A stretch of DNA of 63,950 nucleotides, counting the filler, from Circinaria calcarea (Eukaryota): the NCBI GenBank assembly GCA_051942165.1. It is 26 parts of 26 records of this genome, joined end to end, with 100 filler letters (N's around TTAATTAATTAA, not from the genome) between each part and the next. Parts side by side here need not be neighbours in the genome. Positions count along the whole stretch, not along the records: positions 12,375 to 14,748 come from JAVECS010003602.1; positions 14,849 to 17,220 come from JAVECS010003603.1; positions 17,321 to 19,692 come from JAVECS010003604.1; positions 19,793 to 22,160 come from JAVECS010003605.1; positions 22,261 to 24,627 come from JAVECS010003606.1; 21 more parts are not named here. One strand, given 5' to 3'. The notes under the pieces were generated by a model. It saw only the letters and a list, made by a program, of their open reading frames with translations, did no database searches and was not told the DNA's origin. Below are positions 13,082 to 24,627 of the stretch, piece after piece. The position numbers and the translations under genes are program-made. How positions within the stretch are numbered: position 1 is the first letter of the stretch; every line of letters starts with the position of its first letter.

Positions 13082-13683
13082 ATGGCCGCTAAGAAACTCG
13101 CCCCGCTATCAAGTAAGCCAATCCACTTTGGCACCTTTCTCGTCACATCGCAGGTACATCTCACGAGGGTCTATCATATTATCGGAACATCTGACGCTTG
13201 TTTGTATAGGTCTTCCACCTCACCCCCTTGAGCTTTGCTTTCGTCAACCTCAAGCCCCTACTACCGGGCCACGTCCTAGTCTCCCCTCGCCGCGTAGTCC
13301 CTCGGCTCTCGGATCTCTCGCAGGATGAGGTGACTGATCTCTTCCTCACCGTGCAGCATGTAGGCCGTATAATTGAACGAGTCTACAAAGCGTCGAGCTT
13401 GAACATTGCCATGCAAGATGGCGCGGATGCCGGTCAAAGCGTGCCGCATGTTCATACGCATATAATACCTCGGAAGGCGGCTGATATGGACGATCGAGGT
13501 GGAACTGATGCAATCTATAAGCTACTGGAGGGGGAGGAGGGGGATATCGGACAGCATTTGAGGGAGAGAGATCAAGGAAGACCAAGGTTTCCTGTCGTCG
13601 AGGATAGTCAACGGAAGCCGAGAAGCGAGGAGGAGATGGCCGAAGAAGCAAAGATGCTGGCTGATGAGATGGACTCTGCATGA
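13082..13683 (+). CDS. HNT2: bis(5'-adenosyl)-triphosphatase (Fhit/HIT family)
   Basis: FVNLKPLLPGHVLV, QDGADAGQSVPHVHTHIIPR histidine triad, PRSEEEMAEEA tail; intron 13154-13209. Confidence 0.95.
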
Positions 13684-13856
13684 GTATCAGGTACTGGTAG
13701 AACGAATGCTTAGACCAATGTCTGCACATCTCGCATGGCATGTCTATATGGTCGGGGGTATGTTTCTTCTAGTCTTATTCTACTGCTTGGTACTGTAATC
13801 ACGACCAGCCTTTCGCAAATCCTCCCTGCCGTCGAGGATCGAGTGTAGCGCGCACT

Positions 13857-14731
13857 TCACTTCCTCCTTGCCATTAACAGGCCACTACCCCACTCGAGGT
13901 CTACCTCCTTGTCCTTCCATGCCTCGCCAACTTGCCACGGTGGCTCTACCTTCCTCATCTCCTCAAACATCTCGTCAACCACATCCCCCTCCCCTCCCTT
14001 GTCTCGCGGTTTCCTACCAGGATATTTCTCCTGCCAACCATGGAAAGAACTGTACGTCCTAATATATTGCATACAGTCTCCCAAGGACATTCTCTTGGAG
14101 AGAAACATTTTGTCCTTCTCTGAGCTTGCTCCCGTCTTACGTGGCTCATACTCGATTCTCCGGATATCTTCCCAATCCGAGGCTGGTGGGACTATATCAC
14201 GCAAATGGTTTTCGACGATGGAGCGACCTGGTTGCTGCCAATACGAACCCATGAGTTTCTCATCTTCGCCGTAGGAGTAATGATCCAAGACTTTAGTTGC
14301 TTTGGCATGATTCACGAATATAGGGTCGCTGTAGCCCCAGAAAGCGAGCGTACCACCCTTTCGTACTATTCTTTTCATTTCCGGGAAGAGAGTTAGGTAG
14401 TCGAACCAATGGGAAGCTTGGCCAGAAACCACCATATCGACACTTTCGTCTCCGAGAAACGAACAGTCCTCTGCCGTGGCTTGGTGATAAGATATGTTGG
14501 AGCTCGGAGCCTTGGCTGAGCGAGCTTGTTGTATCATGCCAGGGGAGGGGTCTGTACCGAGGACTTTGGAGAATGAGGAAGAGAAACCTTGGGAGACAAT
14601 GCCATGTCCGCATCCCAGGTCGAGACAGAGGTTCTTGGGACCATGATGATAGGCGAGGATGGTGTGATAGAGAGAGGGTGGGTATATAGGACGAAAAGCT
14701 GCGTATGATGCATATGAAAAAGTGTTCTTTC
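13857..14731 (-). CDS. TMT1: SAM-dependent methyltransferase, trans-aconitate 3-methyltransferase-like (first exon missing)
   Basis: The frame continues upstream of ORF 13857-14537 as FSYASYAAFRPIYP...LCLDLGCGHG...GTDPSPGM; downstream SVDMVVSGQASHWFD, GGTLAFWGY and YWQQPGRS. Confidence 0.8.
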
Positions 14732-15222
14732 TGTAGGTACCATGTCAANNNNNNNNNNNNNNNNNNNNNNNNNNNNNNNNNNNNNNNNNNNNTTAATTAA
14801 TTAANNNNNNNNNNNNNNNNNNNNNNNNNNNNNNNNNNNNNNNNNNNNGTATAGTAACTAGACTTACCATACAATATAGGAGGAATGTATCCTGTATAAT
14901 AGGTATAACTGTACAGGAACTAAAAAAGACTTTTCGCTCTTGGCGGTAGTGACTAGTTTTTCTAATCGATTTTATGAATCTGGCGAATTCATTTAGTTCT
15001 TTTAGTTTTTTCTTTTGTTTTTTCAACATTCATGCGTACCAACTCTGGTTTTATGCCTTTATTCGTGTAATTTGATGATTGAAATACCTGTATGTATAGG
15101 ATGCAAAGGCAAGTAGAAGGCCTCAGGACAAGAGAAGGCTCACACCCTAAACTCGAGTAGCCCTTCAACTTCTTATGTAGCGTTTATAAAAACTCCAGTT
15201 TTTTATAAAATTTTAATTTTAA

Positions 15223-16782
15223 GTGACAAACAATTTTAACTTCTACAATATTTCAAGCCACAACAACCCTCGTCTTGATTTCTGTGTTCCAAAAAATAAA
15301 TCAATAAATCATCTATTTATTTCTTCAAATATTAGGCCAGTTGTTATGTCTAGAACACAACAAACAACACACGATAAAGTTCAAAAAAGATGTTTTCGTA
15401 ACTCTCCAGATGATATTAATAGATCCCCAGATTATGTATCAATTGCAGTAAATAGAAACAGAGTTGGAAGAAATAACCTAGTATTTGATCGTGCTTACCT
15501 AACAAACGAAAACTCTGTATATATGTCAGATGAAATTTCATTTGAACGAGATACTATAGCATCACTAAGTCGTCAGATTAGAGATGCAGAAGAAGCTACA
15601 AATAATGTTTCGTCTATTTTGACTGCAGCTAATGCTCCTGAACCTCAAGTAAATATGGAAAATTATTTAAGTCAGTTAAAAGAACAGCTTGAGGAACACC
15701 TTGAAAGAGTTCAGGTATTTGAATATTTATCTAGTCACACAGATGTAATACCCGAGGTGAGTTTGAGAGCATGGACAACTGTTCATGACCAGATAGCCAT
15801 GAGCGAGAGAGAAGATAGACAGAACGCTCTATCCGATTATGTTCACGCAAGACTTAGTAATCCTGAAGATACTTCTTTTGGTGATACTACTCCTTTTACG
15901 ATACAAGAAATTGAGGAGGAATGACAACGTCAAATACAAATGCGAGCTGATCAAGAGTCAGTGGGAAATACTCCAGTATTAGCTAATACTTCTCAAGAAA
16001 CAGAGGCTAACCATGACCAACAACAAGTAGAAACACAAGAACAACAATTAGAACTTGATCAAGAATCAATAAACCATGGAACAGGGCAAGAAGGTTCGCA
16101 AGAACCTGATGATAGAAGTCAAGAGTCTGGAAAGACTGCAGAAACTCATGAGGATGAGGATCCTTTAGAATCTATACGTTTGTTATTTTCTGATAAGGGA
16201 TTAGATCAAGAAGCTAATAAAAAAGTTGATCAAGGAGTAGATCAAAATGTTAATAAAGAACCTGATCAAAAAGTTGATGAGGATGAGGATCCCATAGAAT
16301 CTATACATTTGTTGTATAATGAACAAGCCAAACCAGTTAAAGAAAAAGAAGAATTGTATACAACTGAGGGTGGAACAGCAACAGGAACAGCTACAGCAAC
16401 AGCAACAGGAACAGATGCAGCAATAGCTACAGGTACAGAAACAGGAATAGGGACAGATGCAGCAATAGGAACAGGAACAGAAACAGGAATAGGGTCAGAT
16501 GCAGCAACAGGAACAGAAACAGAGACAGAAACAGGAACAGGAACAGCAACAGGAATAGAAACAGAGACAGAAACAGCAACAGAAACAGGAACAGGAACAG
16601 AAACAGAAACAGGAACAGAAACAGAAACAGGGACAGGTGCAGGTACAGGAACAGGAACAGGGACAGGTGCAGGTACAGGAACAGGAACAGGAACAGGGAC
16701 AGAAACAGGAAAACAATCTTCTTTAATTGATGACTTTGCGGATACTAGTTGTGAACCCATGGATCCTTTTGATCCTGATTAA
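15223..16782 (+). CDS. unassigned mitochondrial ORF (code 4; TGA at 15922 read as Trp), acidic, with Thr-Gly/Thr-Glu repeat tract
   Basis: ORFs 15223-15924 and 15940-16782 are in frame and separated only by TGA-CAA-CGT-CAA-ATA-CAA. AT-rich mitochondrial codon usage, no introns, first ATG at 15346, adjacent to nad3. Confidence 0.75.
16372..16710 (+). repeat. coding hexanucleotide tandem array (ACAGGA/ACAGAA/ACAGCA variants)
   Basis: Repeated acagga/acagaa/acagca units encoding TGTATATA...[14 protein letters not shown]. Confidence 0.95.
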
Positions 16783-16979
16783 TGTAATTTTACTCTATTT
16801 ATTCTCTCTAATTTTAGTGTTTTTTTTTTGAATCTTTTAGGATTTTAATTTTCTTTTTAGCTTTATTTTTTTTCTGAAGCTTTAGAAAAAAAAACATATC
16901 AATATAAAATATAAGATAATTAAACAAATTTTTACCTTTTGCTCTTACATTCAATCCTAATTTTTTAAATAGAATAAAT

Positions 16980-17220
16980 ATGACAAGTTTAACAATTTTT
17001 CTTATATTTATACCTTTATTAGCTTTAATTTTATTAGGAATAAATTTATTATTATCGCCCCATAATCCTTATCAGGAAAAAAACAGTGCTTTTGAATGTG
17101 GTTTCCATTCATTTTTAGGGCAAAATAGAACTCAATTTAGCATTTCATTTTTTATCTTTGCTCTATTGTTTCTATTATTTGATTTAGAAATACTCCTAGT
17201 ATATCCTTATACAGTAAGTG
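16980..17220 (+). CDS. nad3: NADH dehydrogenase subunit 3 (mitochondrial; 3' partial)
   Basis: PHNPYQEKNSAFECGFHSFLGQNRTQFSISFFIFALLFLLFDLEILLVYPY, the characteristic fungal ND3 sequence. Confidence 0.98.
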
Positions 17221-17320
17221 NNNNNNNNNNNNNNNNNNNNNNNNNNNNNNNNNNNNNNNNNNNNTTAATTAATTAANNNNNNNNNNNNNNNNNNNNNNNN
17301 NNNNNNNNNNNNNNNNNNNN

Positions 17321-17846
17321 AAAATTCCACTTTATCCGTTTCAATCCTAGAGCACCTGGCTTCTCCTTCTTCATCCACTCGAACACAGGTTCTGCCTTAT
17401 CGCCGTTGACGTCCGTTTTCTTCAGTATCGGAAAGCTGACCCCATAATTCACCTGGCAGAACTCCTGTATTGTATCATCGCTCCCGGGATCCTGATTGGC
17501 GAACTGGTTACAAGGGAAACCAAGGATTAGGAACGAGTTGGGGTATTTGGAAGTAACGTTCTTGTACAGCTTTTCAAGACCTTCGAATTGCGGGGTGAAT
17601 CCGCATTTTGAGGCTGATGGATGTTAACCCTTGAGCTTCTGTGGATACAGAGTCTGAAGCTCCGTACCTGTGTTTACTACCAGAACGACCTTGCCTTTAA
17701 GATCTGCCAAGGGATAAGGTTGGCCTTTTTCTGTGGGAAAGGATGGTCAGTACGAGGGTCGTATTGCAAGCATCGCCAAATGGATACCAGGGCTTCTACG
17801 AACTGTCCAAGGGCTTGAAATCATAAAAACTCGTTGCGGAAGCCAT
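17321..17846 (-). CDS. HYR1: glutathione peroxidase-like peroxiredoxin (3' partial, spliced)
   Basis: [49 protein letters not shown]...[15 protein letters not shown]...KRIKWNF, carrying the GPx C/Q/W/N signatures. Confidence 0.95.
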
Positions 17847-19238
17847 TGTGCGTAAACCGTGATTATCCTTTCCCTGAGCTTTCAAACTCGGTCTCTGGGT
17901 GCTTTTGAGAAGAACGCGGCTTGCTTGTGTAAAGGTTCGTGCTTGAAGCAGAGGATGTGTGCTTCTCATCGGGGTGGTATGGCACTTGTGAGATGATGAC
18001 TGGAGGCGAGCATCTCGTTTGTCAGCAGTAGTTGATCACCCGACAAAAAGCCGGAGGGGCGGGCCAATTCCATACTCAGGGTCCAGGGGACTCGTAGGGT
18101 AGGATTAATTTTGAAGATTTTAAAAAGAAGCTAAACTATTTCTGAATTGATTCAAATCCCTTCCCTAACTGGGAGAGCCCCGATCGGTATGTTAGCAAAT
18201 TTCAGAAAAGTATTATGAAAAACCCGTTTAAACTTGAAAGAATATCAATGTACAAAGAGTGCTCCGTTCCCAATACCAGTGTCCCTGCCACTGGTTCCCG
18301 GAATCTGAGATCCAGTTTTCGTTAGCCGAGTAGGAAAGGGGTGCTTTTTGTGGTGAGAATAAGAGGGAAGAGGAAGAGGAAGAGGAGGGAGGGGCCGGGG
18401 TCAAGCGGGTTTGGGTGTGATGTTTGTTTTTGGGAAAGGGGGGAGATATGTTACTTCCCTTAATCCCCCTTCTGTATCGACCAGCGTAAAAGAGTTGAAT
18501 GCCCCAATCACCTATTCTTCCAAGGTGAGATAGAGGAGAAACGAGAGGGTTCAGATAGATTTGTTAGGAAAGGATATGGGGCATTTAGGCATTTAAATTT
18601 TGGAACTTTGGAAAAAAAAGGGGTAGGGTTAGAGATTGTGTATTCTAGCCCGCCCTGATTGGTTAGCTGGAGAGAGAGAGAGATGGATGAAGATATAAGC
18701 GGTCGTTATTGACTGCTCGGTAGAAAATCCTCTACTGTGTGGTAGTAGGAGGACAAGATGTACAAACTAGGTTTTCTCCCAAAAAAAAGGGGGATGAGTT
18801 TGGAGCAAGACTATTTGGAAAAAAATTCCATGTATCGACATAGGAGTTTCCAGAATGGGTCGTGGATTAATCTAAACTTGTTGGTTCATCGGAATTTGGA
18901 GAGATTTCGATGACCTTCCAAGAAAAAGGGGCAAGATCTCTGAGGAAGTATCTTAATTGTAGATGTATTGTACCTATGTCTATTTACCGCGTATCTCACG
19001 GGGAAAGTTTGCTACACGAGTGGTTGAGAGGGTGGACCACAAGCTTATATCAGGAGCGTATCTGCCAGCGCTCTCTAACTGTGAGGAAGTGTATACATTT
19101 CATACCGATTAAGAGGGCATTCATGGGGACACGTTTGAAGTATGCATGTTTCAGTCAATCTGAAGATGAATGCTTTCAGGGTTTAGATTTAGCCAAACAA
19201 TGTCCAGCTATCACTCTCCCACAATATCACCTCACAGA

Positions 19239-19692
19239 CTATATCTGCTGATCCGTCTCCAGAACATCGTACTGTCCGTCTCCAGTGACGCCAGTTTGCC
19301 TGGGCCCAGAACCCACAGTTGCCGCCACCCTTTTCTGGAATTGCAACTCCGCCCCCCTAGCGGGATCGTCTTCGGTCCCAATATCCGAGTTGAAGCTGGC
19401 GTTGTTCTTTGGATCGTCGTCGAATCCTCCTTCGGTTAGGTTCTTGCCCTTCGGTTTGGTATGTCCAGCGGATAGTACACTAGTCACATAAGTTGGGGCG
19501 GGATCAGCTGCAATACCACCAGGAGTCTTATTAGAGTTGCCGTCGCTGCCCATCTCGTTTCCGCTGGACTTTGACCCCTGTCCAGATCCGAAGCTCCCAC
19601 TGGTGTTCTCATCAAGTGTTCCGTATTCTGCTGGTGATACCTTGGGGAGTTCCTTAGTTGCATCGGCACTGTCACTTCCTCCCGTAGCCTTT
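19239..19692 (-). CDS. conserved fungal hydrophilic hypothetical protein, C-terminal part
   Basis: APTYV...KPKGKNLTEGGFDDDPKNNASFNSDIGTEDDPAR..AELQFQ matches a pattern recalled from small ascomycete hypothetical proteins. Confidence 0.6.
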
Positions 19693-19792
19693 NNNNNNNN
19701 NNNNNNNNNNNNNNNNNNNNNNNNNNNNNNNNNNNNTTAATTAATTAANNNNNNNNNNNNNNNNNNNNNNNNNNNNNNNNNNNNNNNNNNNN

Positions 19793-21445
19793 AGAGCGGA
19801 GAAGATTGATTTTGTAAAAGATTTCCTTGGTGATCGATGGCACCCATGGCTTCTTGTTCTCCACCATTACGACCATGCTGTCGTCAACCCTGTCACGGAT
19901 TTCTTACCCAACCGTGGATATGGCGCCATCATGTTCATTACTTGCAGCATTTCAGCCAATCCTCTGGGTAAGATTATCAAAGTACCAAAGTTTCTCACTT
20001 TGGCGGAGCAAGAGGACCTCCGCATCTCGCTTATGGGCGCTATTGAGAGAAAGGATTTTGAAAAGGTCAAGGATGCAGTAGTCCGGGGAGCTGATGTGAA
20101 TTCTCTGTCACATGGAGGCGAGCACTGTCTGAGTCGTGCTGCAATAAACCAGCTTGAGGATGCTGTTCAGTTCTTGCTAGCCCGAGGCTCCAATCCCAAT
20201 TTTCAGCCTGGTGAGCTCCCACCACTTTACTATGCTGCTAGGCAAGGGGAGACATCGATACTTCGAGCGCTACTCGATCACGATGATCATGTTGGTTTCG
20301 TCCCTTCGCCCGAGCTCAACGATTCCATGTTCCGTACTGCCGCTAAAGGGGGGCATGTTGACGTTGCGCGAATGATATTAGATCGTCGCACGGTGAGGAT
20401 AGATAGCAAAAATCAATATGAGGAAACAGCACTGCAAGAGGCAGCCAGTAGAGGCCACACAGCATTTGTGAAGCTGCTACTGGATAGGGAAGCCGACTCA
20501 GGAAAGGGCACAGATAGATTCATAGCCCTTGTGAAGGCACTAAAAGGGGGCCATTTGGAAACCGCCAAAGCTTTGTGTGAACACGGTAAAATCAACCTAA
20601 ACGCCCAGGATAAATATGGCAATACCGCCTTACTTCACGCTGCTGAACTTGGGGATAGCAGGAATTACAAGCAAAACGCAGAAGAAATGGTGAAATTTTT
20701 GTTAGACTTGGGAGCCAACCCAAGTCTAGTAGGAAATAGACAAGGACCCCTTCATAAAGCAGTACTACGAGGATACGACAAAATTGTTAAGCTCCTATTG
20801 CAGCACGGTGCAGATCCAACGATACCAGTCAATTTTACGCCTCTCATGAAAGCTGCCGAATGCAAGGAACATAAAATGGTATCGCTACTTCTGCAAGTTG
20901 ATATTCCCGATTCCGTAATTCGGGACAAATATCTTGGGGACGCTTTACGGTATGCCGCGAAAAGCGGTCTTCGAGAGACCGTATTATCGGTTCTCCAAGT
21001 TGATGCTTCGATCATCAACTCTACCGATTCCAACGAGACAACACCTCTGCTCCTTGCCATTCAAGGCACGCACATGCAGACAGCCAGGCTGCTGGTCCGG
21101 CACGGAGCCCGGCAAGACATGCCCGATCGGGACGGGCGACTACCTCTCCTCCTCGCCGCTGAAAAGGGGTACGATCTTCTGGTCCGAGACCTCTTACGCT
21201 CGTGCGAGAGTCCGGACCTGAAAAACAGCGTCGGTGACACGCCGCTTTGCTTGGCCGCGGCCAACGGGCACGAAAAGACGGTCCAACATCTCCTCGGCCA
21301 CGGAGCGAATCCCGAGATGGCAAATCGGTTTGGCGAGACCCCGTTGGATTTGGCAGAGGAACGTAATCATGAGAAGGTGATGGAGCTTCTGACAGCTCCT
21401 GCTCGCAACATGAACCCGGACTGTGTGATGCGGCAGAAACAGTAA
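19793..21445 (+). CDS. ankyrin-repeat protein with N-terminal degenerate NB-ARC-like segment (5' partial)
   Basis: More than 10 ankyrin repeats (TALQEAASRGH, TPLLLA, GDTPLCLAAANGH). The frame is open from the contig start: FVKDFL...PWLLVLHHYD...DFLPNRGYGAIMFIT. Confidence 0.9.
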   Translation, partial: RAEKIDFVKDFLGDRWHPWLLVLHHYDHAVVNPVTDFLPNRGYGAIMFITCSISANPLGKIIKVPKFLTLAEQEDLRISLMGAIERKDFEKVKDAVVRGADVNSLSHGGEHCLSRAAINQLEDAVQFLLARGSNPNFQPGELPPLYYAARQGETSILRALLDHDDHVGFVPSPELNDSMFRTAAKGGHVDVARMILDRRTVRIDSKNQYEETALQEAASRGHTAFVKLLLDREADSGKGTDRFIALVKALKGGHLETAKALCEHGKINLNAQDKYGNTALLHAAELGDSRNYKQNAEEMVKFLLDLGANPSLVGNRQGPLHKAVLRGYDKIVKLLLQHGADPTIPVNFTPLMKAAECKEHKMVSLLLQVDIPDSVIRDKYLGDALRYAAKSGLRETVLSVLQVDASIINSTDSNETTPLLLAIQGTHMQTARLLVRHGARQDMPDRDGRLPLLLAAEKGYDLLVRDLLRSCESPDLKNSVGDTPLCLAAANGHEKTVQHLLGHGANPEMANRFGETPLDLAEERNHEKVMELLTAPARNMNPDCVMRQKQ

Positions 21446-23206
21446 TTGGCTATCGTCAGAACGTGCTTTCAGCCGAATATCTCTCGGTTTGCGTTGAGAA
21501 ACGTTCTCTCTCTCTGGGGGAGGGGGGCAAGTCAACAAAATCTGGCATCGAGATTAGCTAACCCCGGTAAGATATGGGTGGTTATTCTCATGTATCGCTG
21601 CAAGAGATCTAGCAAGTAGGGAAAATAGAATAATACCCAATCTAGGCAAAAACGACAACTCGCAAATTTGAAGCTTACAGCCCAATTTATCTGTGTGAAA
21701 AAGTCGCCGTGCCCCCTTGCCCTTGGCCTTTATATACCCTTTTTTCCCCCCCTTCCACTTCCACTTACCCCAATCCAACCGTCCAACCGTCCAACCGTCC
21801 AGCCAGCCCCCATAATCCTAGCCCCTAGTCTCCTATAACATACCGACCGTCGGTTCTCCTCTTCCATTTTTCCCCCATCACCGATTGACAGTCTTAAACC
21901 TTAGCATTTCCAAGATCCTAGTACTACTAGTTGGTACTACCCTCGAGGGCACCTTTATGGCTTTATAGCTTTATGGCTTTAGAATGGGGGGGGGGGGTAA
22001 GTTGAAAACTTTCCCGTCGCATAGGACTAATAAAAAGTTAGATGGAACTTGCTAGAGCCCAGAAGCCGGTGTGACAAGAAGAATCAAGAATCTATTGTGA
22101 AAGAGGCACAGTTAGCCAAACTAGTTTAGGCATTTTGGAATATCATTAAAAGCCTTGCCTNNNNNNNNNNNNNNNNNNNNNNNNNNNNNNNNNNNNNNNN
22201 NNNNTTAATTAATTAANNNNNNNNNNNNNNNNNNNNNNNNNNNNNNNNNNNNNNNNNNNNGGAATGGGGGGGGGGTTCCGGGGTGTGAGCTTGTTATGTT
22301 CTCTAACCCGAGATTCTGTCCTTTTTCTTTTTCTTTTTCGGGGCTACCTACGTTACAGAACTTGACTTTTAAACATGACTTTGTTTCCGGTAACACACCC
22401 CTCAGTTCTCCCGGTTTCGAAGACGGTTCAAGCCAATGATGGGGGTCCCCGGGGTAGTCGTCCGCTGGGTTTCTTGGTTTTCTTGTTTTTGGCCCCGGTT
22501 GGAGAAGCGTGGGGGGAGAGAGTTTTTGGAAATGGTCGCTTGGCTAGAAGTGTACCGTTTTTAGTGCTTGTGAGATTTTTGGACGGGGGCCCCCCCAAGG
22601 GAAGGGAAGGAGAAGGGAAGGAAAGGGGGGGGTTTTCAGGGACTGCTTTTCTGCCACTGGCTGGGCTTTTGCTTTTGCTGGCTTTTCGTTTGGCTTCCCT
22701 ATCAACGAGTCCTTTTTTCCACAAGCATTTGCTGAATTTTATACGCATTTGTTCCCTTCCGCCGTTTAACATTGTGAAATATTGCTTGGTAACTGATGTC
22801 AACTGCGGGAAAATACCCGACTGTTAGCTAGGGTTGGGGCGGCTTGGGCTTCAGCCGCTTTGCCTGAGATCGCGTATACTACCTAAATCTATCTACCCAT
22901 GCTATTGGGTGGTGGATGGCTGGAAGTTGGGGCATATACATGCCACCGGAGAAATCCGTACTGGGCTACTTTATAAAGTCTATATATATGCTGGCAAATC
23001 CTGTAAGGGGGATCCCATCCCCGTGCGGCATGGCAGTCTCACATGAAAAGTGGTGCTACCATGTTTAGATCTCGATGGCGCAGCAAGACCTTTACTGCTG
23101 ACGTGGCAAAATGCCCTATACTTCATTATACTTGATATTCTAGTTACACTAGCATAAAATAATACCATTTGTGCAATCAATCCAATGGCTCATCCCTACC
23201 CATTTC

Positions 23207-24627
23207 CTAAAACACCCCGGTTTGATAAGAGCTTCGGCTGCGTAGAGTAGGTCCCCATTTATAAAACACCCATGGTATAGGAAGTAGCAAAAGACTGATA
23301 AACCCCAGCAGACTTCCCGCCCATGGGATGCCCAAGTCAGCATACATCTGGAAGGTGAATAGAGGGAAGGCCGCGCCAAAGGTATAGCGAAGGAGACCGT
23401 TCGCGGCGAGAGCAGACGCCGCATACAAGGCTTGATATGTATCGATTAGATACGTCGTGGTTCCAAGCTACACACGGATTAGTAGCTGGGAGCAATGAAG
23501 CGCTAGGTCACCCACAAATAAGCAAACGTTGCCCCAGCCGAATGGTATACCTGCTAGGATGGGGACTATCCAATGGATGGAGGACCGGGCAGTCCATGCA
23601 AACCTTTAAGTAGATGAAATCGTTAGCAAAGAGTTTTTATCAAAGAGTATAGGATCTCACGTACCAGAATAGGGAAATGGGAATGCCAATAGAGCCAAGC
23701 ATGGATATGTACAATCGCTCTTCCGGAGGAGGCATTTTACCCGACGGTGCTCTTGTCTTCGCCCTTGCGTACACAGTCTTATCTAAAATAGCAAAAGTGA
23801 AGACCGCCAGACATATTCCTATAACAATCCCCAAGAAAGCGAGGCCAACTTGTCCGAGACTGAAGCCGTACACACTCACGAAAACATAGGGGTAAGCGTC
23901 AAAAAAGGCAAACATTACCCCAAACACAAACGAGACATAGAGAGTGATGAGACCCACAATCGGCTCCATGAAAAGCATACGTAAAGGTCGAAATAGGGTA
24001 ATTATGAACAGAGCCTTGAGGGCTGCTTTTACCGGCGGCTTCGGTGGCGGAGGGAATCCACGGGCGAGTGCCCGGCGTCGGAGGAGCTCCTTCTTCGAGG
24101 TCTCTCCAAAAAGGAAAGCCATCAGCCAAATAGGTACCCCGATCAAAATCATGACCCACATAAGCCATCGCCAGTCGCCCCTCGTTTCTATTGTGTAACC
24201 GCCAACAAGGGGACCCAATGCCGACCCAAGGAACGGCATAAGGGTAAAAAACACCGTAGCGAGACCCCCTCCATGCTGGAGTTCCCATATGTCAGATATG
24301 GTTCCAGCACCAACTGCCACTGCCGGTGCGCCAAAGCTTCCAGATAAAAACCGACATATGAGCACCGTTTCAATGTTTCGAGCAAGACCGGTAGCCATGG
24401 TAAATAAGATAGAAACGGGCAGACTGATGAGATAAACGGCCTTTCGGCCGAAATTCTCAGAGATCGGAGCACCTATCATAGGCCCAAACGCTGCCGCCAT
24501 GGTTAAAACAGGTCAATACGTCGAATTTACTTTGTGGCTCCATTCACTTACCTAGACCTTCGGAGTATAAGGAGAACCCGAGGATGGCCACAGTGTGGCT
24601 TACATTGAAACGCTCTGCTATTTGGGG
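23207..24627 (-). CDS. MFS drug:H+ antiporter (DHA1 family), 5' partial, spliced
   Basis: GPMIGAPISENFGRKAVY, GAGTISDIW, LGPLVGG, WRWLMW, RPLRMLFMEP, PEERL, YAASALAANGLLRYTFGAAFPLFTFQMY. Confidence 0.93.

Noticed and set aside
16266..16760. Minus-strand ORFs rich in VPVSV or CSCFC (metallothionein-like appearance)
   Set aside because: Antisense shadows of the hexamer array in the + strand mitochondrial ORF.
22261..22830. ORFs in homopolymer-rich stretches (similar at ~4240-4850, 18100-18900, 41962-42550)
   Set aside because: No recognisable motifs; inflated homopolymer runs suggest low-quality read tails.
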